Positions 24,993-37,176 of a stretch of DNA of 64,000 nt are shown piece after piece (the stretch's first letter is position 1; each line of letters opens with the position of its first letter). The stretch is from Psilocybe cubensis (Eukaryota): positions 1,860,001-1,924,000 of the forward strand of contig CM039003.1 in NCBI GenBank assembly GCA_017499595.2, read 5' to 3'. The notes below the pieces were generated by a model. The model had not been told where the DNA came from. It saw only the letters and a program-made list of their open reading frames with translations, and ran no database searches. The position numbers and the translations under genes are program-made.

Positions 24993-25177
24993 TAACCCAG
25001 TGAGTACTTTATAGGATAGACGTTAGATTAGTAGTTATTTAGCTTCAGCTTCATGCTCAATATATGGTGTTTTATTATAACCTAATCTTGTATGAAAGAC
25101 CAAAAATAAAATTTCACAATGATATTATACTGTGAATACATATGAAAAGCCTACAAAAAAATATGTATTTGCTAGAA

Positions 25178-25330
25178 TGTGGCTGACACAAACGGTGCTT
25201 GGCACTTATGTGGCAGCCACATGAATTTCGGCCTGTTGTGTCACCCACTGATATCGGATGGAGGTGGCAGACACATGTTTATTTGTGTCTGACATACATC
25301 GGCCAAACACATCCAAAAATGTGTCCAGCG
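25178..25330. repeat. Subterminal array of quasi-palindromic GTGKCWGMCAC motifs (candidate transposase-binding sites)
   Basis: tgtggctgacaca (25178), atgtggcagccacat (25208), tgtgtcacccac (25237), gtggcagacacat (25264), tgtgtctgacata (25284). Confidence 0.7.
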
Positions 25331-26449
25331 GCCGCCTGTGTACCCCGTACGTATTTCGTATCTGATTTTTCGCACTCTCCGTCCGTCCGTCTCTCTTTTT
25401 TTTCTCAAGTTTGTTTCTCTCTCTCTATCTCTCTACTCTCTGTTTCCTTGCTTGATTGCTGGCTTGTTTCGATCCTTTATCTTGCTCCTCGTACGCATTG
25501 AGTTCGATCGTGATTTTGGTACCAAGTATGAACTTTGAAAGCAACCCTTTTTATTTTTTCTTTCTCTCTCGTTCTTTCTTGCTCTTTTTTTGGCATCGCA
25601 ATCGAAATCTTGAACGACAGGGGCTCGGTATCACTGATCACTCATCATTGATCAGTGTATTCGTGTGTGTGTGTGTACACCTGCAGTATAGTATTCAGAG
25701 TTGACCGAGCTGCGAGCTGCGAGCTCCGCTTGTCAAAGTTTGTCAAAGTTTGTTGATATCGATGTTCGATGGCGTTGGCGGTGGTTCCGCGCGGTCTTTG
25801 CGGGATACGACAATTAGTATTTGTGTTAACTAAGAACTTGGTATATATACGACAGCGGCTCATGAATATGGACATGGACAGTGGACAGTGGACAGGGTGA
25901 TGGGGCTAAACCCCCGGCTTGTCAATGTCATTTAGGCGTGCATGTACATACCCCCGCCGCCGCCCCGCACCGCCGGCGACGTTCCTCAAATTGGAGTATG
26001 GACTTTGTCACTTTTTGGTGCTTCAGCCTTCAGGGTCTTTTTTGATTGTTATTCGATTTTGACTGTTGAGTCACTTGCATCGTATATTTGTACTATACTT
26101 GTGTGCGTCAAAACTTGAAATATCTGGATAGGAGAGGAGGCAAGTTCGAGATCTATGTTCTTACTTTACTCGGGGATCGGAATCGGATGTGTTCCTGGAT
26201 AGCGCTCGCGCTAGTGCTATCTATGATACTTATGCTTCTTTTCGCACATTTTTGTGGTTTGGTCAAGGTGGTGTTAGCGAAATGACGAATGACGTATTTT
26301 CAAATTTGAAGTTCCTGGGTCCTGACTCCTGAGAGAGATAGCGGTACTTTACCAGGGGATTGGATTGTTCTTCACATATTCGTTTCGTAGCTTCAAGTTT
26401 TAGTTTCTTTCCAGTTAGAGATGAGCAAGCTGTTATACTTGCGGTCAAA

Positions 26450-27498
26450 TGAGCAGCGAGATATGGTTGGAGGTTGTTGGAAACCTTGTTGGACAAACAG
26501 TACGGTATACCGATGGTCACATGTGCGACTGCGAGCAGCGAGCAGCGACGGTTTTTGTCGACTTACACTGTTACACCCATGTATGCGCGCCAGTGCGAAA
26601 AACCCACCTGATATCGTGTCAATTCAACTCCTGTTTGTACTCTGGTGGGTGGCGAATGCGAATATGTCATATTCACTGACGCTTGCTACTTGAACACGAA
26701 GATCTGTTCCAGCTAGTCAGGACTCCAGAGTCCAAGTCGTGGACAAGATCGCCGCTGAAGAAGACAGCGATGGACAAGAAATACTTACCCAGATACTGCA
26801 TCTGTTCAACGGAGACGCTTCAGAGCCAGGATGTAGGACTGAGCGCATTCGGATCATGATTAAACGACTAAGGGAGGACCACCTCGCTCTCTGGTTATTG
26901 GGTCTACAAAACGCTGCTTGCCCTGCTTTTCCTCGATACGTATCACTATCATCTGGAAGACGACATTCGTGTATTTTACCCAGACGAGAATCCTTTGGAA
27001 GACCTCTGGGACACCTTCAACTCCACATTGCACTTACAACGACCACACAACAATATTTTCGATCGCGAGGACGTGCAGAAACGACTTGAAGATCCGAAAG
27101 CCATCCTTTGAACTTCCCGACGAGGCTATACAAAAGAAATTCTGGCATCAATATAGTACCATCATCTCCAGTGACCGAGTGAGGTCCGACAACAGCGCTA
27201 TAACGCTCTACCGTTTGATCGGACGGGACTGGGATGCTATTCACACCTTCGCAGATGCACTCAAAGAGTTATAAAGACATCAAGGAACAACCTGGAAGAC
27301 AACACAACATGTAGTCTGGTAGAAAGGCTGAACGCTCACTTTCAAAGCGCCCATAATTCATTCCAACAAATCGAGGAATGTGAAGCAATGGATGAGCAAA
27401 TCAAAAAAATCTGGGACCGGGGAACGGTTCTCGGAGATTCGCGCTTGATGACAGGCTTTACTAACATACTCAGACTGGAAAGAGGTACCGCAGGCTAG
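26450..27498 (+). CDS. Hypothetical multi-exon protein or degenerate gene
   Basis: Coding-like pieces (26739-27089, 26918-27274, ~27380-27498) in different frames. No recognisable motif. Confidence 0.3.
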
Positions 27499-29969
27499 AA
27501 GACGAGTTGGACAGTTTGGATATTTTTTTTGTATCCAACTTGGTTTACTTTGTTTATCACCGAGTTTACATACCCATCATGCCAGTCTATCAAGCCTGGA
27601 ACTTTTTCTGTCGTAACTCTTGAACCCCAACAAACGCTCAGCTCGCTGCTTTGTTCTTGATTACCCAGTGCTATCGGACTTCGCGACCCTGACTCTTCTA
27701 CTTTTTACTTCGAGCTGTCGGACACTTACTACTCCTACAGAGTCTCGAGGTCTAGACTGCCAACTGCTCTTTTGCATGTTCTTGCCTTGTGCCATCTGCA
27801 AGGTCTTACGAACCTCTCGATACACTGGTTTCACGGCAGATCGCCTTCCACGCAGCGATGCCTACTCGTCTGTAATCTACTGCGGTCTGGGCATCCCCAC
27901 ATTCTGAAGCTGTGGAGAAGGAGAAAGACTCTCGCTGCTTGTGGTGCTCCTTCTTCTCTGCTCGTGCTCGCAGATTTTGTTGCCCAGGCAGTGGTTTGGA
28001 GCGGTTCCCACACCTGCTCGATTCTAATTGGGCGCCAACACTGGGAAGTGCAACCACCAAGGTCGCGCGTCTTCGGAGGCACTTTCAGATATTCTTCTTC
28101 TTCCAGCTCGACTCCATGCGCAAGGGCAGGACAGGAGCAGGAGCAGGGACGCCCCGGTGGATGGTTCCCAGGACCCTGCGAACCCGGCGAGCAAAGAGTG
28201 ACGAGGACGCCACAGATCCAAATACAGTAATAATGCCCCAGACTCCTCCGCGGGTTCTTGCTGTGCTTGCACAACAAAGGCGCCGAACGGGCGCAAAATA
28301 GCTAATTTACCTCGACGAGCTAAGAAAGGCACATGGAGTTGCTTACGACTGCGTGCGTACTTGATTGGTTGCTCTCTCCTTACCTTTCCCCGGTCCTTTT
28401 GTCTGACTACTTTTACATTTACTTAAAGTTCACAAAAACCACGAAAACGAAACATGCTTTTTACTCTGTTTTTTTGCGTCAGTGTCATTTGACTGATAAT
28501 AATTATCTAACCGCCGGCTCATTCTGCGTATATGATCACTGCCGCCTCTTGTTGACGTAACTTTGCTTTTTACTGGTCGTGTGACTGGATGCTGGGCTTA
28601 CCACCTCCATCCACTACGCAACGCACAACTTGTGGTATATCGACATATCAACGGACGTGCAAATGTAGCTTGCGTTGAGCCCAAACGGGCGTATGCCTGT
28701 ATTGGTACGCAGCATGCAAGGACTTTTGGTTGTCTTTTAGACACCTGTGATCCTACTTTACCTCGCGTAGAGATGTGATATGCGGTTCGCGTTTTGTTCG
28801 ATCTTGCAGCTGATCCAGAGAAGTTTAGCAATATGCTGCAATGTATTTTAGTAGTGAATTACAATTTTTGGCAACTTACCATGTTGAAAGTATATCCTCG
28901 AGTACAATGGAGGGGTACCAAATCACAACACTGTGAGTGTAAATATAAGTGTTTTTACTTCTGATGTACTCTCATTTGTTCCTATTCTCAGAGAACCATT
29001 TTCAGAAAAGTTCCCGAGGACATACCATATACAAAAAATATTATGTGCAAAAAATCTTCCTGTTCTGCGTCTCTCCCCGCTCAATTCCCGTGAAGTAAAT
29101 GCGTTTGAAATTGATTTATCTGGAGAGACTGTGTAGCTGTGCTGCGAATCGCTGAAAGTGAATTTCAGGCAGGTGGGGGCAAAGACTCACTGGTGTTTCC
29201 CATGGTAAATCCGCACGCTTTATTTAGATTGAATACGATACCTTGCTCGTATTAATTGGTGTAAGGCAGCGGCACATACATTCGCCGGAATCAAGAGCTT
29301 GGGAGGGTGGCCTACCTTGCAGGTGCGCCGCACCGACACAGTCATTTCTGTCTACTTCCCAACCCCACTCTTTCCCGATTCTTTCCGACTCCCCGTGTTA
29401 TTGTATTCCATCGTATGTTTGGAAGGATATGTGTGTGAAAGGCCTGATTTCAGCGTATTTCTGGACGCGTTGACTACAGAGGAAGTCCGAAGAGGAGGAT
29501 ATAGGCGTTCCATTTCTGATTGGAGTTGGAGTTGGTCGTCTTTTAGATCGCAAGTTCTAGACCGTTGCTCTTCCGAGTGAGGGTGGTTCATATACTCCTT
29601 TATATGTGGAGGTTGGTGTGGCTTGGTTCGGAGTGAATCTCCTTTAACTTGAGCTGTTCAATGATGTTTTACTCGGATATCTTTGCTGATTGAAGACAAT
29701 ACTTGATAAATTTTTGCATAATGGGCCCAAATCATTGACCTGTACCGGGTAAGGACTACTGGGTAGAGAGAGTAATAATCAAGACGCCAATAGGAACTGC
29801 AGGACTGCTGGAAGCCCCTATTGGTGAATTACAGTTAGCTCCGTGATGGCATTTGTGATCGTTGCCATTTTGGGCGAGCGCGAAGACGTGGGAAACATTG
29901 CGAAGGTTTTTGCTCGCACTCGACGTCAACCAACTCAAAGCCTTCTCGTCGTCGAGCTCGCTGTTCGCC

Positions 29970-30539
29970 ATGCAGTCAACACGGGTTCTCGCATTCACAT
30001 CCAATGTCGCCCGTCGCTATGCCCCAAAATACCCCCGCCCACGACCTGGCACCTCAGAGCGCCCGGCATACCACGCAAAAGACCCTCTCATCAACAACCC
30101 CCATGCTGTTGTGACCAACCTGGAAGAGGACAACCTGACGTTCATTCACCGACCACCCCCGACCGCCCCTTCACCGTTCTCGCTCACCACTGCACCCGCT
30201 TCTCCCCTGCTGCGCCCTCCTACGACGCCCGCTGAGGGCCCTCTTCCCCCACTTACCCGCGCCCCTCCGGCTAGCCCGCCTCACCGACTGTCTGACGAAA
30301 AACTGGAGATGCTACGCAATTTGAGATACTCGGATCCTACCACATATACTCGGAAAAAGCTAGCACGGATGTTCAAATGCACGCAGACGTTCGTGGGCCA
30401 GGTCGCCGCGTTAAAGAAACCCGAACGGAAACGAGTTCTCAAGATACGCGACGAGAAACACGAAGTAGCACGCCAGAAATGGAGTGAGCGACATTCAATT
30501 GTCAAGGCCATCGCCAAAAAACGGCGCGAACTGTGGTGA
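29970..30539 (+). CDS. MRPL20: Mitochondrial ribosomal protein mL58/MRPL20-like
   Basis: Presequence-like N-terminus (MQSTRVLAFTSNVARRYA), FIHRPPPTAPSP, RLSDEKLEMLRNLRYSDPTTYTRKKLARMFKC, and C-terminal R..RRELW. Confidence 0.75.
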   Translation: MQSTRVLAFTSNVARRYAPKYPRPRPGTSERPAYHAKDPLINNPHAVVTNLEEDNLTFIHRPPPTAPSPFSLTTAPASPLLRPPTTPAEGPLPPLTRAPPASPPHRLSDEKLEMLRNLRYSDPTTYTRKKLARMFKCTQTFVGQVAALKKPERKRVLKIRDEKHEVARQKWSERHSIVKAIAKKRRELW

Positions 30540-30969
30540 TCTGGATCGACATCGGTTTGCTGGCTCGTCTAGGGGATCGAGGTGGGTTCAGCTGCTCTTT
30601 TGGCTGGACACAAGCTGAATTGTGTCCGTCAGCGCTTCCTGTGCGAATTCGAGTCAGAAAACGACTGGCTATGGACGAGCGTATCCTGTAGTTTGCATCT
30701 CGTGATTGATCGGCGGAGTGCCGTTACTAGAAATGGGAATGTGTATTTGAGTGTTCCTCTGTTCCGCTTTTGTCGTCGCTCCCCTCAGACAAACCACTTC
30801 ATTTTATTCCCGGTTTCATGCCCTTCGGCACATTCACATGCACCCCAATACGAGCCATTCGCGGCCAGTTTATATTATTTCTCCTTTTACTACAAATTCT
30901 ATTTATTGGCCCGACCTGCATGTATAAATACCGACAGGAGTCCTCTCTTGTTTTCGTAAAACCACCATC

Positions 30970-33185
30970 ATGTCCGCCTTTCCTTTGAGTGCCCTGTCGT
31001 CTGCTGCTGCCCGTATCCCTCCTTACTTCCTCAACACTGACCACCGTCAGCGTGTTCTCTCTCAGCTTCGTGGAAAACACAACGGTCTCGAAAAGTACAT
31101 CTACCTCAATGGTCTCAAGGAACGCGACCCCAACCTCTTCTATGAGGTTTTGCTGGGGAACATGCTCGAGGTTATCCCCATCCTGTATACCCCCACTGTA
31201 AGACCCCCGCCTTTGGTCGCTGTCAGTTGACGGCTGGATCTAATTGTTGTCATCCTCCAGGTCGGTGATGCCTGCTCAAATTATTCCCATATCTGGCGGC
31301 GGCCAGAGGGTCTCTACATTAGCATAGAGCAAAAGGGCAACATCAAACAGGTTCTTCGGTCGTGGCCTAGCGGGCAAGCCGCCAGGATCGCGGTGGTCAC
31401 AGACGGTGAGCTTATACCCGGGTCTTATTTAAAATTCTGCTTCATCCGAGCTTCATGGATCGTCAGGCTCTCGCATCTTAGGTCTCGGTGACCTTGGTGC
31501 CAATGGTCTCCCAATTGCCATCGGTAAACTGTAAGACCAAACCTTTTGGACCATGTCGTAATTCATGCTATTTCAAAAACATTGTTGACTTTCCCCGTGT
31601 TTAGGGATCTCTACATTGGTGGCGCCGGCATCAAGCCTTCCACGACTGTGCCTATTTGCCTGGACTTGGGCACCAACACCGAAAAATACCTCACCGACCC
31701 ACTCTACCTTGGTGTTCGCCGCAAGAGGCCCGACACTGAAGAGGTAAGTTTTCGTCAAACCCCTGTCGACGATAATTTAACTCAAACATTGATGATAGAT
31801 GGATGCATTCATGAACGAGTTTATGGAGGCAATGCAGGAAGTCTTCCCCCACCTTGTCGTGCAGTTCGAGGACTTCTCAACGGACAACGCTTTCCGCTAC
31901 CTGGAGATGTTTAGGAACAAATACCGCGTCTTCAATGATGATGTAGGTCTTCCATTTTTAGCACTCCCCCGCGTTTGTTCTATTTCTGACAAACGGACCC
32001 ACAGATTCAAGGCACAGGTTTGTACACCGCTTAGAACTTGGAGACTACAAGACCCGGTGCTGACTTGCGGATCTTGAAGGTTCTGTCGTACTCTCGGGTT
32101 TCTTGAACGCTGCTCGTCTGGCGTCTTCGGCTTCTGGCACTCCCCTCGCTGACCAGCGAATTCTCTTCTTTGGTGCCGGGTCGGCTGGTATTGGTGTAGC
32201 CAAGCAGCTTACCTCGTTCTTCACCCTTCAGGGACTGAGTGAAGAGGAAGCAAGGAGCCGCATTTATGTCAGTGCATTTTCCTGGACATCATTTCTGCAA
32301 ACATTTCTGATGGATTTAATATTTGCAGACCGTTGATTCTAAGGGTCTGATCACCGCTGATAGGAAAGGCCTTCAAGAGCATAAAAAATGTAAGCCGTGT
32401 CATTGAAAGAATAAATGTAAATCATGGCTAACTCTCATGGCAGACTTTGCTCGTACGGACTACCAGGGCCCTCCATTGACATCCCTGATTGATATAATTG
32501 AATATGTCAAGCCTACCGCTCTCCTTGGCCTCAGCACTATTCAGGTATTATATTTCAGCCACTCTTTATGATCCTCTACTTAATTGGCTGTAAACAGAAC
32601 GCATTCACAGAAGATGTTGTCCGTCTGATGGCCAGACTCAATACCCGTCCAATTATCTTCCCTCTGTCAAATCCCGTATCGCTTTGCGAGCTAGAATACC
32701 AAGATGCGATTCGCTGGACAAACGGTTCAGTCGTCTTTGCGTCTGGAAGCCCTTACAAACCTGTGGAATTTGAAGGCAATATCTACGAACCGGGTCAGGG
32801 AAACAACATGTACATCTTCCCTGGTATCGGAATGGGTGCTATTCTCTCCAAGTCGAAGCACATCACCGATTCCATGGTGGAACAGGCTGCTATTGCTCTA
32901 GCGGGATCCCTCACTGTTGAGGAAACTAAAGCCGAACTGGTCTATCCTCGTCTTACGCGCATTCGCGATATTAGTGCCCAAATTGCACTTGCAGTCATCC
33001 GTGCTGCACAAAAGGACGTAAGTTGGCTGATGTCTGCACGTCGCGTATTCAAAGTACTCACGTCTTCATTGTAGAACGTTGACGAAAACGCTCTTTTCCG
33101 AAATCTTTCCGACGATGCCCTCCTTGAATATATCAAGGCTAAGCAGTGGCAACCCACGAACACGAACTCCATTCCTCGCCTGTAA
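30970..33185 (+). CDS. NAD(P)-dependent malic enzyme
   Basis: Motifs [54 protein letters not shown] and [14 protein letters not shown] across multiple introns. Ends ...IPRL*. Confidence 0.93.
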
Positions 33186-33330
33186 TTTTGCTGCATCACC
33201 TGTAACAAGTTTTCGGTTCTTTTTTTGTCTACGCTGTGCTATGTATTAATATTACGACAATGACTGGTAAATCTAGATAATAATTCACAAGACTTGAGCT
33301 ACATGTAGATCGTTTGTATGTGTACCGGTC

Positions 33331-35172
33331 TTATGCATCCGTTTTGGCATCAATCTCAATAGTCTTGTTCGAGAATTTGGCGTAATCACTGCCCAATTTC
33401 CACTGCATGATTGAGAAGCGATGATTAACGCCCTTAAGAGTTGGAAGACACGCGCTGCCCCCACACCCTCCGGTGAGAGGCATGGGATATAGATATACCA
33501 CTTCCTTTACACGAGAGTGAAGTAAGGCCATACTGCACATTATGCATGGTTCGTGGGTAACAAAAAAGGTACGGTCGGTGAGGAGGTAGTTGGTTCCATT
33601 TTGCGGTTCTCCGAGCGAGGATTCGGAGGAGGCTGCATCTTTTTCGAGTCTGTCGTTTCGAGGGTCCTGAGATGCGCGGTAGTCTGCCAGGTATCGGATA
33701 GCGTTGATAGATGAGTGCCGAAGAGGGTGATGAGTCGATCGCCGCGTGTCAGATGCAAGGAACGACAACGCCGATGATTCGATCTCTGTAGCACCTGGAA
33801 AAACATAAGGAGTCGGAATATGGGCCGCCACGGGCAACTGAGGATGACGGTTAGATCTTCTTGACTGCGAGACGATATTTATACGAACCTCGTCATTTTC
33901 CGCTTGAGCATTAATTGCAGTATCGACAGTTTTTTTCATAGCATCCCATGCCCATCTTAATTTGTGCCGCGTCCAGGGTTCCGGCTCGTCCTTGCGACGG
34001 GGTGTATACATTGTTGGCCATAGTTCAGATTTTAGATTCAGAGATGGGAGTGTTAACGCGGAGGAACTCGGAACAGAAAGTAAGTAAGGGTCAGGGAGAT
34101 TCAGGTCCTTCGGTAGTTGCGGAGGTTCCGGTGCCATGCTCAAGAGTAGGGTGGTAGTTCCCTCGTGTTTTCGGATGCGTTTAAGGTGCCCTAACTCAGG
34201 ACCTTCTAGTCCTGCCTGCTTAATCCATCTTCGATAACTAAATTAGAAAGAGTTTCATTGACTCTTGAAATGTTGATACGTACTTCAACAGTGTTGTTAT
34301 CAGCCGCGGATCTGCAACGTCGACAACCCACGCCTTCGCTGATCGTCATGAAAAGGTAAGTTTACGGCGAGAGCGATCTTATAGTTGATACTCACTGGTC
34401 CGAATGGTATGGGGTTCCTCTTCCTCTGGAGGTAACTTGAATCTGACGAATGGAAGATCTTCCTCAGGTATAATTTCTTCTGGATCTCCTTCGATATAAG
34501 GGTTCATAGTAGAAGGGTTTAATGAGGTAGATCCATCATTATCTTCAACGGCAGAGAGACCACCCCAGCCGTCATCAAGATCTGCCTCATTGTTCGATGG
34601 CAGTTGTCCTGCTGGGCTAAACCACAGATTCTGACCATAGAAGATACATAATTCTTCTCCTGCTTCTATATCGCGTGCGGCAACGTATTTGATAGATTCC
34701 GTGTTTGCGTCGCGAATGTAGGACACGTTTGGAGGGTCGGTGTGGTTGAACAGAGACCCTGAAAAAATTGGGGATCTATTTATTTTTTGAATACCAAGGG
34801 AGGCAATGTTAATCAGACGTACCGAGCCCTAGCGCCAACGCCATTCTACCCTCCGTCCAAATGAAGGTGTAATGATCAAGCAGGGTATATTTTCCTGCTC
34901 ATAGTGAGCTCTATCCAAGTAAATTTCATGTTGGCATTTACCATGTGCTTCATACTCTTTCTTGGAGAACAACAAAACTGGGCTAATTTCTATGATCGTG
35001 TTTCTGGGTATAAAACGAGAGGCTGCACATGAGCTATTGCGACTGAATCCAACCAATGGAAAGACAAAAGCTGACCATAGACACCTCTGCCTCTATCGGT
35101 CGTACTTTTTACGAGACAACCTAAAGGGTTGAGACGCTCAGCGCCTGCCGATGTAGTTGCCTCTGGCTGCAT
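33331..35172 (-). CDS. TAD3: SET-domain / Tad3 (ADAT3-like tRNA A34 deaminase subunit) fusion protein
   Basis: N-terminal SET motifs RGRGVY, SLFNHT..PNV and ARDIEAGEELCIFYG splice in frame to LGHLKRIRK...HPLRHSSINAI...YLLT...THEPCIMCSMALLHSRVKEV...NHRF. Confidence 0.82.
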
Positions 35173-35366
35173 GAAAAGATTACAGTTCAAGGAGTCGGAC
35201 GGGACCGACCTTGGTGATTGGAAAAGAGTCCGGATCAAACGGGCCGCCACGAATTCAGAGTTGCTTTCGAACACGTCGTCGTTGGCTCTTCCTTCCACGA
35301 CGACCAACCGTTTATTCTTTTTCTTGAATGGCCACTTAACCTCATTGGTTTCTCTCCACGAAAAAT

Positions 35367-37176
35367 ATGCCAGTAATTGGACCACGTCCGCTGTCGCGGC
35401 TTCTGCTCTTCAGTTTAGTGCCAGTCGCGTCTTGGTTCATCCTTCGGCCTCTGTTAGAGCCTCTTCCGTCAATCCCTGCACTCTATTCATCCATCGGATT
35501 CTCTCTTTTTGCGTTCTTAGCGACCATATACCTAGTTCCAGCTCTAGGACCAACATTTATTAAGGCTAGGTTAAGCGGGCGGGACTTGCTAAAGGTTTAT
35601 GACAGTAAAATACCGAGAGAGGAAACTCTGATGTGCGTTTATTTATCTGTATGCGTTCAATATAAGAACAAGTTACCATCCGTCAAAGTGCAGACCAGAA
35701 AGTCTCGGACTTGTTTGCGCATCAATCTACATACTCTCATTGATACTGTTCATCCCATTCGCCTTCACCAAACCCATTTTGGAACAGGTTAATGGAAACA
35801 AAAGTCACCAAGGCATAACTGTTGTGGAGTTTCCACATTACCAGGTCTGAGAATATGGCTTTGTAGCTTATGTATATCAAGCTAACCCGGACCAGCTTTC
35901 TGTATACCTTTCCTCACTTCTCTCACTCCTCGTCGCAACCATACTTGGATTTCTCGATGATGTGTTCGATATTCGTTGGCGGCATAAGATTCCGATTCCG
36001 ATAATTGCATCTATCCCTTTATTGATGGTTTACTATGCTGAACATGGGAATACCAACGTCGTTGTACCGATTCCTCTACGATTCATCTTTGGAACTTTGA
36101 TAAATCTGGGTATGTGTATGATTATATGAAGGGATGTTATCGCCGACAGTTATTTCATTAGGTCCACTTTATTATATATATATGTCTTTGCTCTCAACTT
36201 TCTCAACAAACAGCATAAATATACTCGCGGGAATCAATGGTTCCGAAACTAGCCAAGCTCTCATCATTGCGATATCAGTTATCCTCAATGACCTACTATA
36301 TCTGCCATGGCCTGTTGGATTTCGGATACCCCTTCACTTGTTGGGTAATCATACTGAAGTCGAATTTGGGGGCGTCTGGAGCGCAGGAATGGCACACGGA
36401 AGTCGTGAACTCGTGGAAAGGCATCTATTTAGCCTGTACTTTATGTTACCATTAGTGGCCGTCTGCCTGGGCTTCTTGTATCATAATTGGTGTGCTTTTC
36501 GTCTTCTAGTTTTGTGCCAAGTTATACTTATATTCTCCACCGCAGGTATCCAGCACGCGCGTTCCCGGGTGACACGCTGTGTTATGTAACTGGAATGGCT
36601 TTCGCGGTCGTTGGAATTCAAGCTCATTTTTCGAAGACTCTGTTACTGTTTTTCATCCCGCAGATATTTAATTTCCTTCTATCGTGTCCACAATTGTTTG
36701 GACTTGTTCCCTGCCCGCGACACAGGGTCCCAAGGTTGCGGTGTCATTTATTAAACTTTAAGCTTGCGACTGACATAGCCTCCGGACTGGCACTTAGATT
36801 CGACGGGGATACTAATTTATTGTATCCCTCAACGGCATCCGAAGTCGAGTTTCCCAAACCACCGACGAAGCTGACAACAATCGTTCTCAATGTTCTAGCG
36901 CTACTGGGGCTCACCAAATTGACGAAGGACCCGAGCACCGGCGTAATTACGAACGCTACAAATCTCACTATCCTGAACGTTTTCCTACTTCGACTCGGGC
37001 CGATGAATGAAAGGCATCTGGTGCAAGTTCTTATTTGTTCACAAGTAAGTTTTATGTCGTCATTGTTGATCTGTGCGTCGGTTGCTGAACCCGCTTGCTA
37101 GGTAGCCGGAAGTATGCTTGCGTTCTTTATTAGATACGGTCTTGCTGGACTTGTTTACGACGGGGACAGAAGATGA
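35367..37176 (+). CDS. ALG7: UDP-GlcNAc:dolichyl-phosphate GlcNAc-1-phosphotransferase
   Basis: Motifs [64 protein letters not shown] and PCPRHRVPR. Confidence 0.93.

Larger units (their letters stand above)
14139..25340 (+). mobile_element. TET/JBP-carrying DNA transposon, copy 1 (~11.2 kb; CMC/CACTA-EnSpm/Plavaka-like)
   Basis: Left end ta|CACGGCGG, right end CCGCCTGTG|ta: an imperfect TIR with a TA duplication at 14137-38 and 25341-42. The left boundary is independently fixed by copy 2 at +40,871, whose flank diverges just before gtaCAC. Contains a transposase, TET/JBP and two other genes. Confidence 0.9.

Noticed and set aside
14139-25340. Starship-type element
   Set aside because: No tyrosine-recombinase captain. 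The ends are CAC..GTG TIRs with a TA duplication.
27620-29600. Short overlapping ORFs between the element and MRPL20
   Set aside because: No recognisable motif or consistent exon chain. Possibly degenerate fragments, but I cannot support a call.
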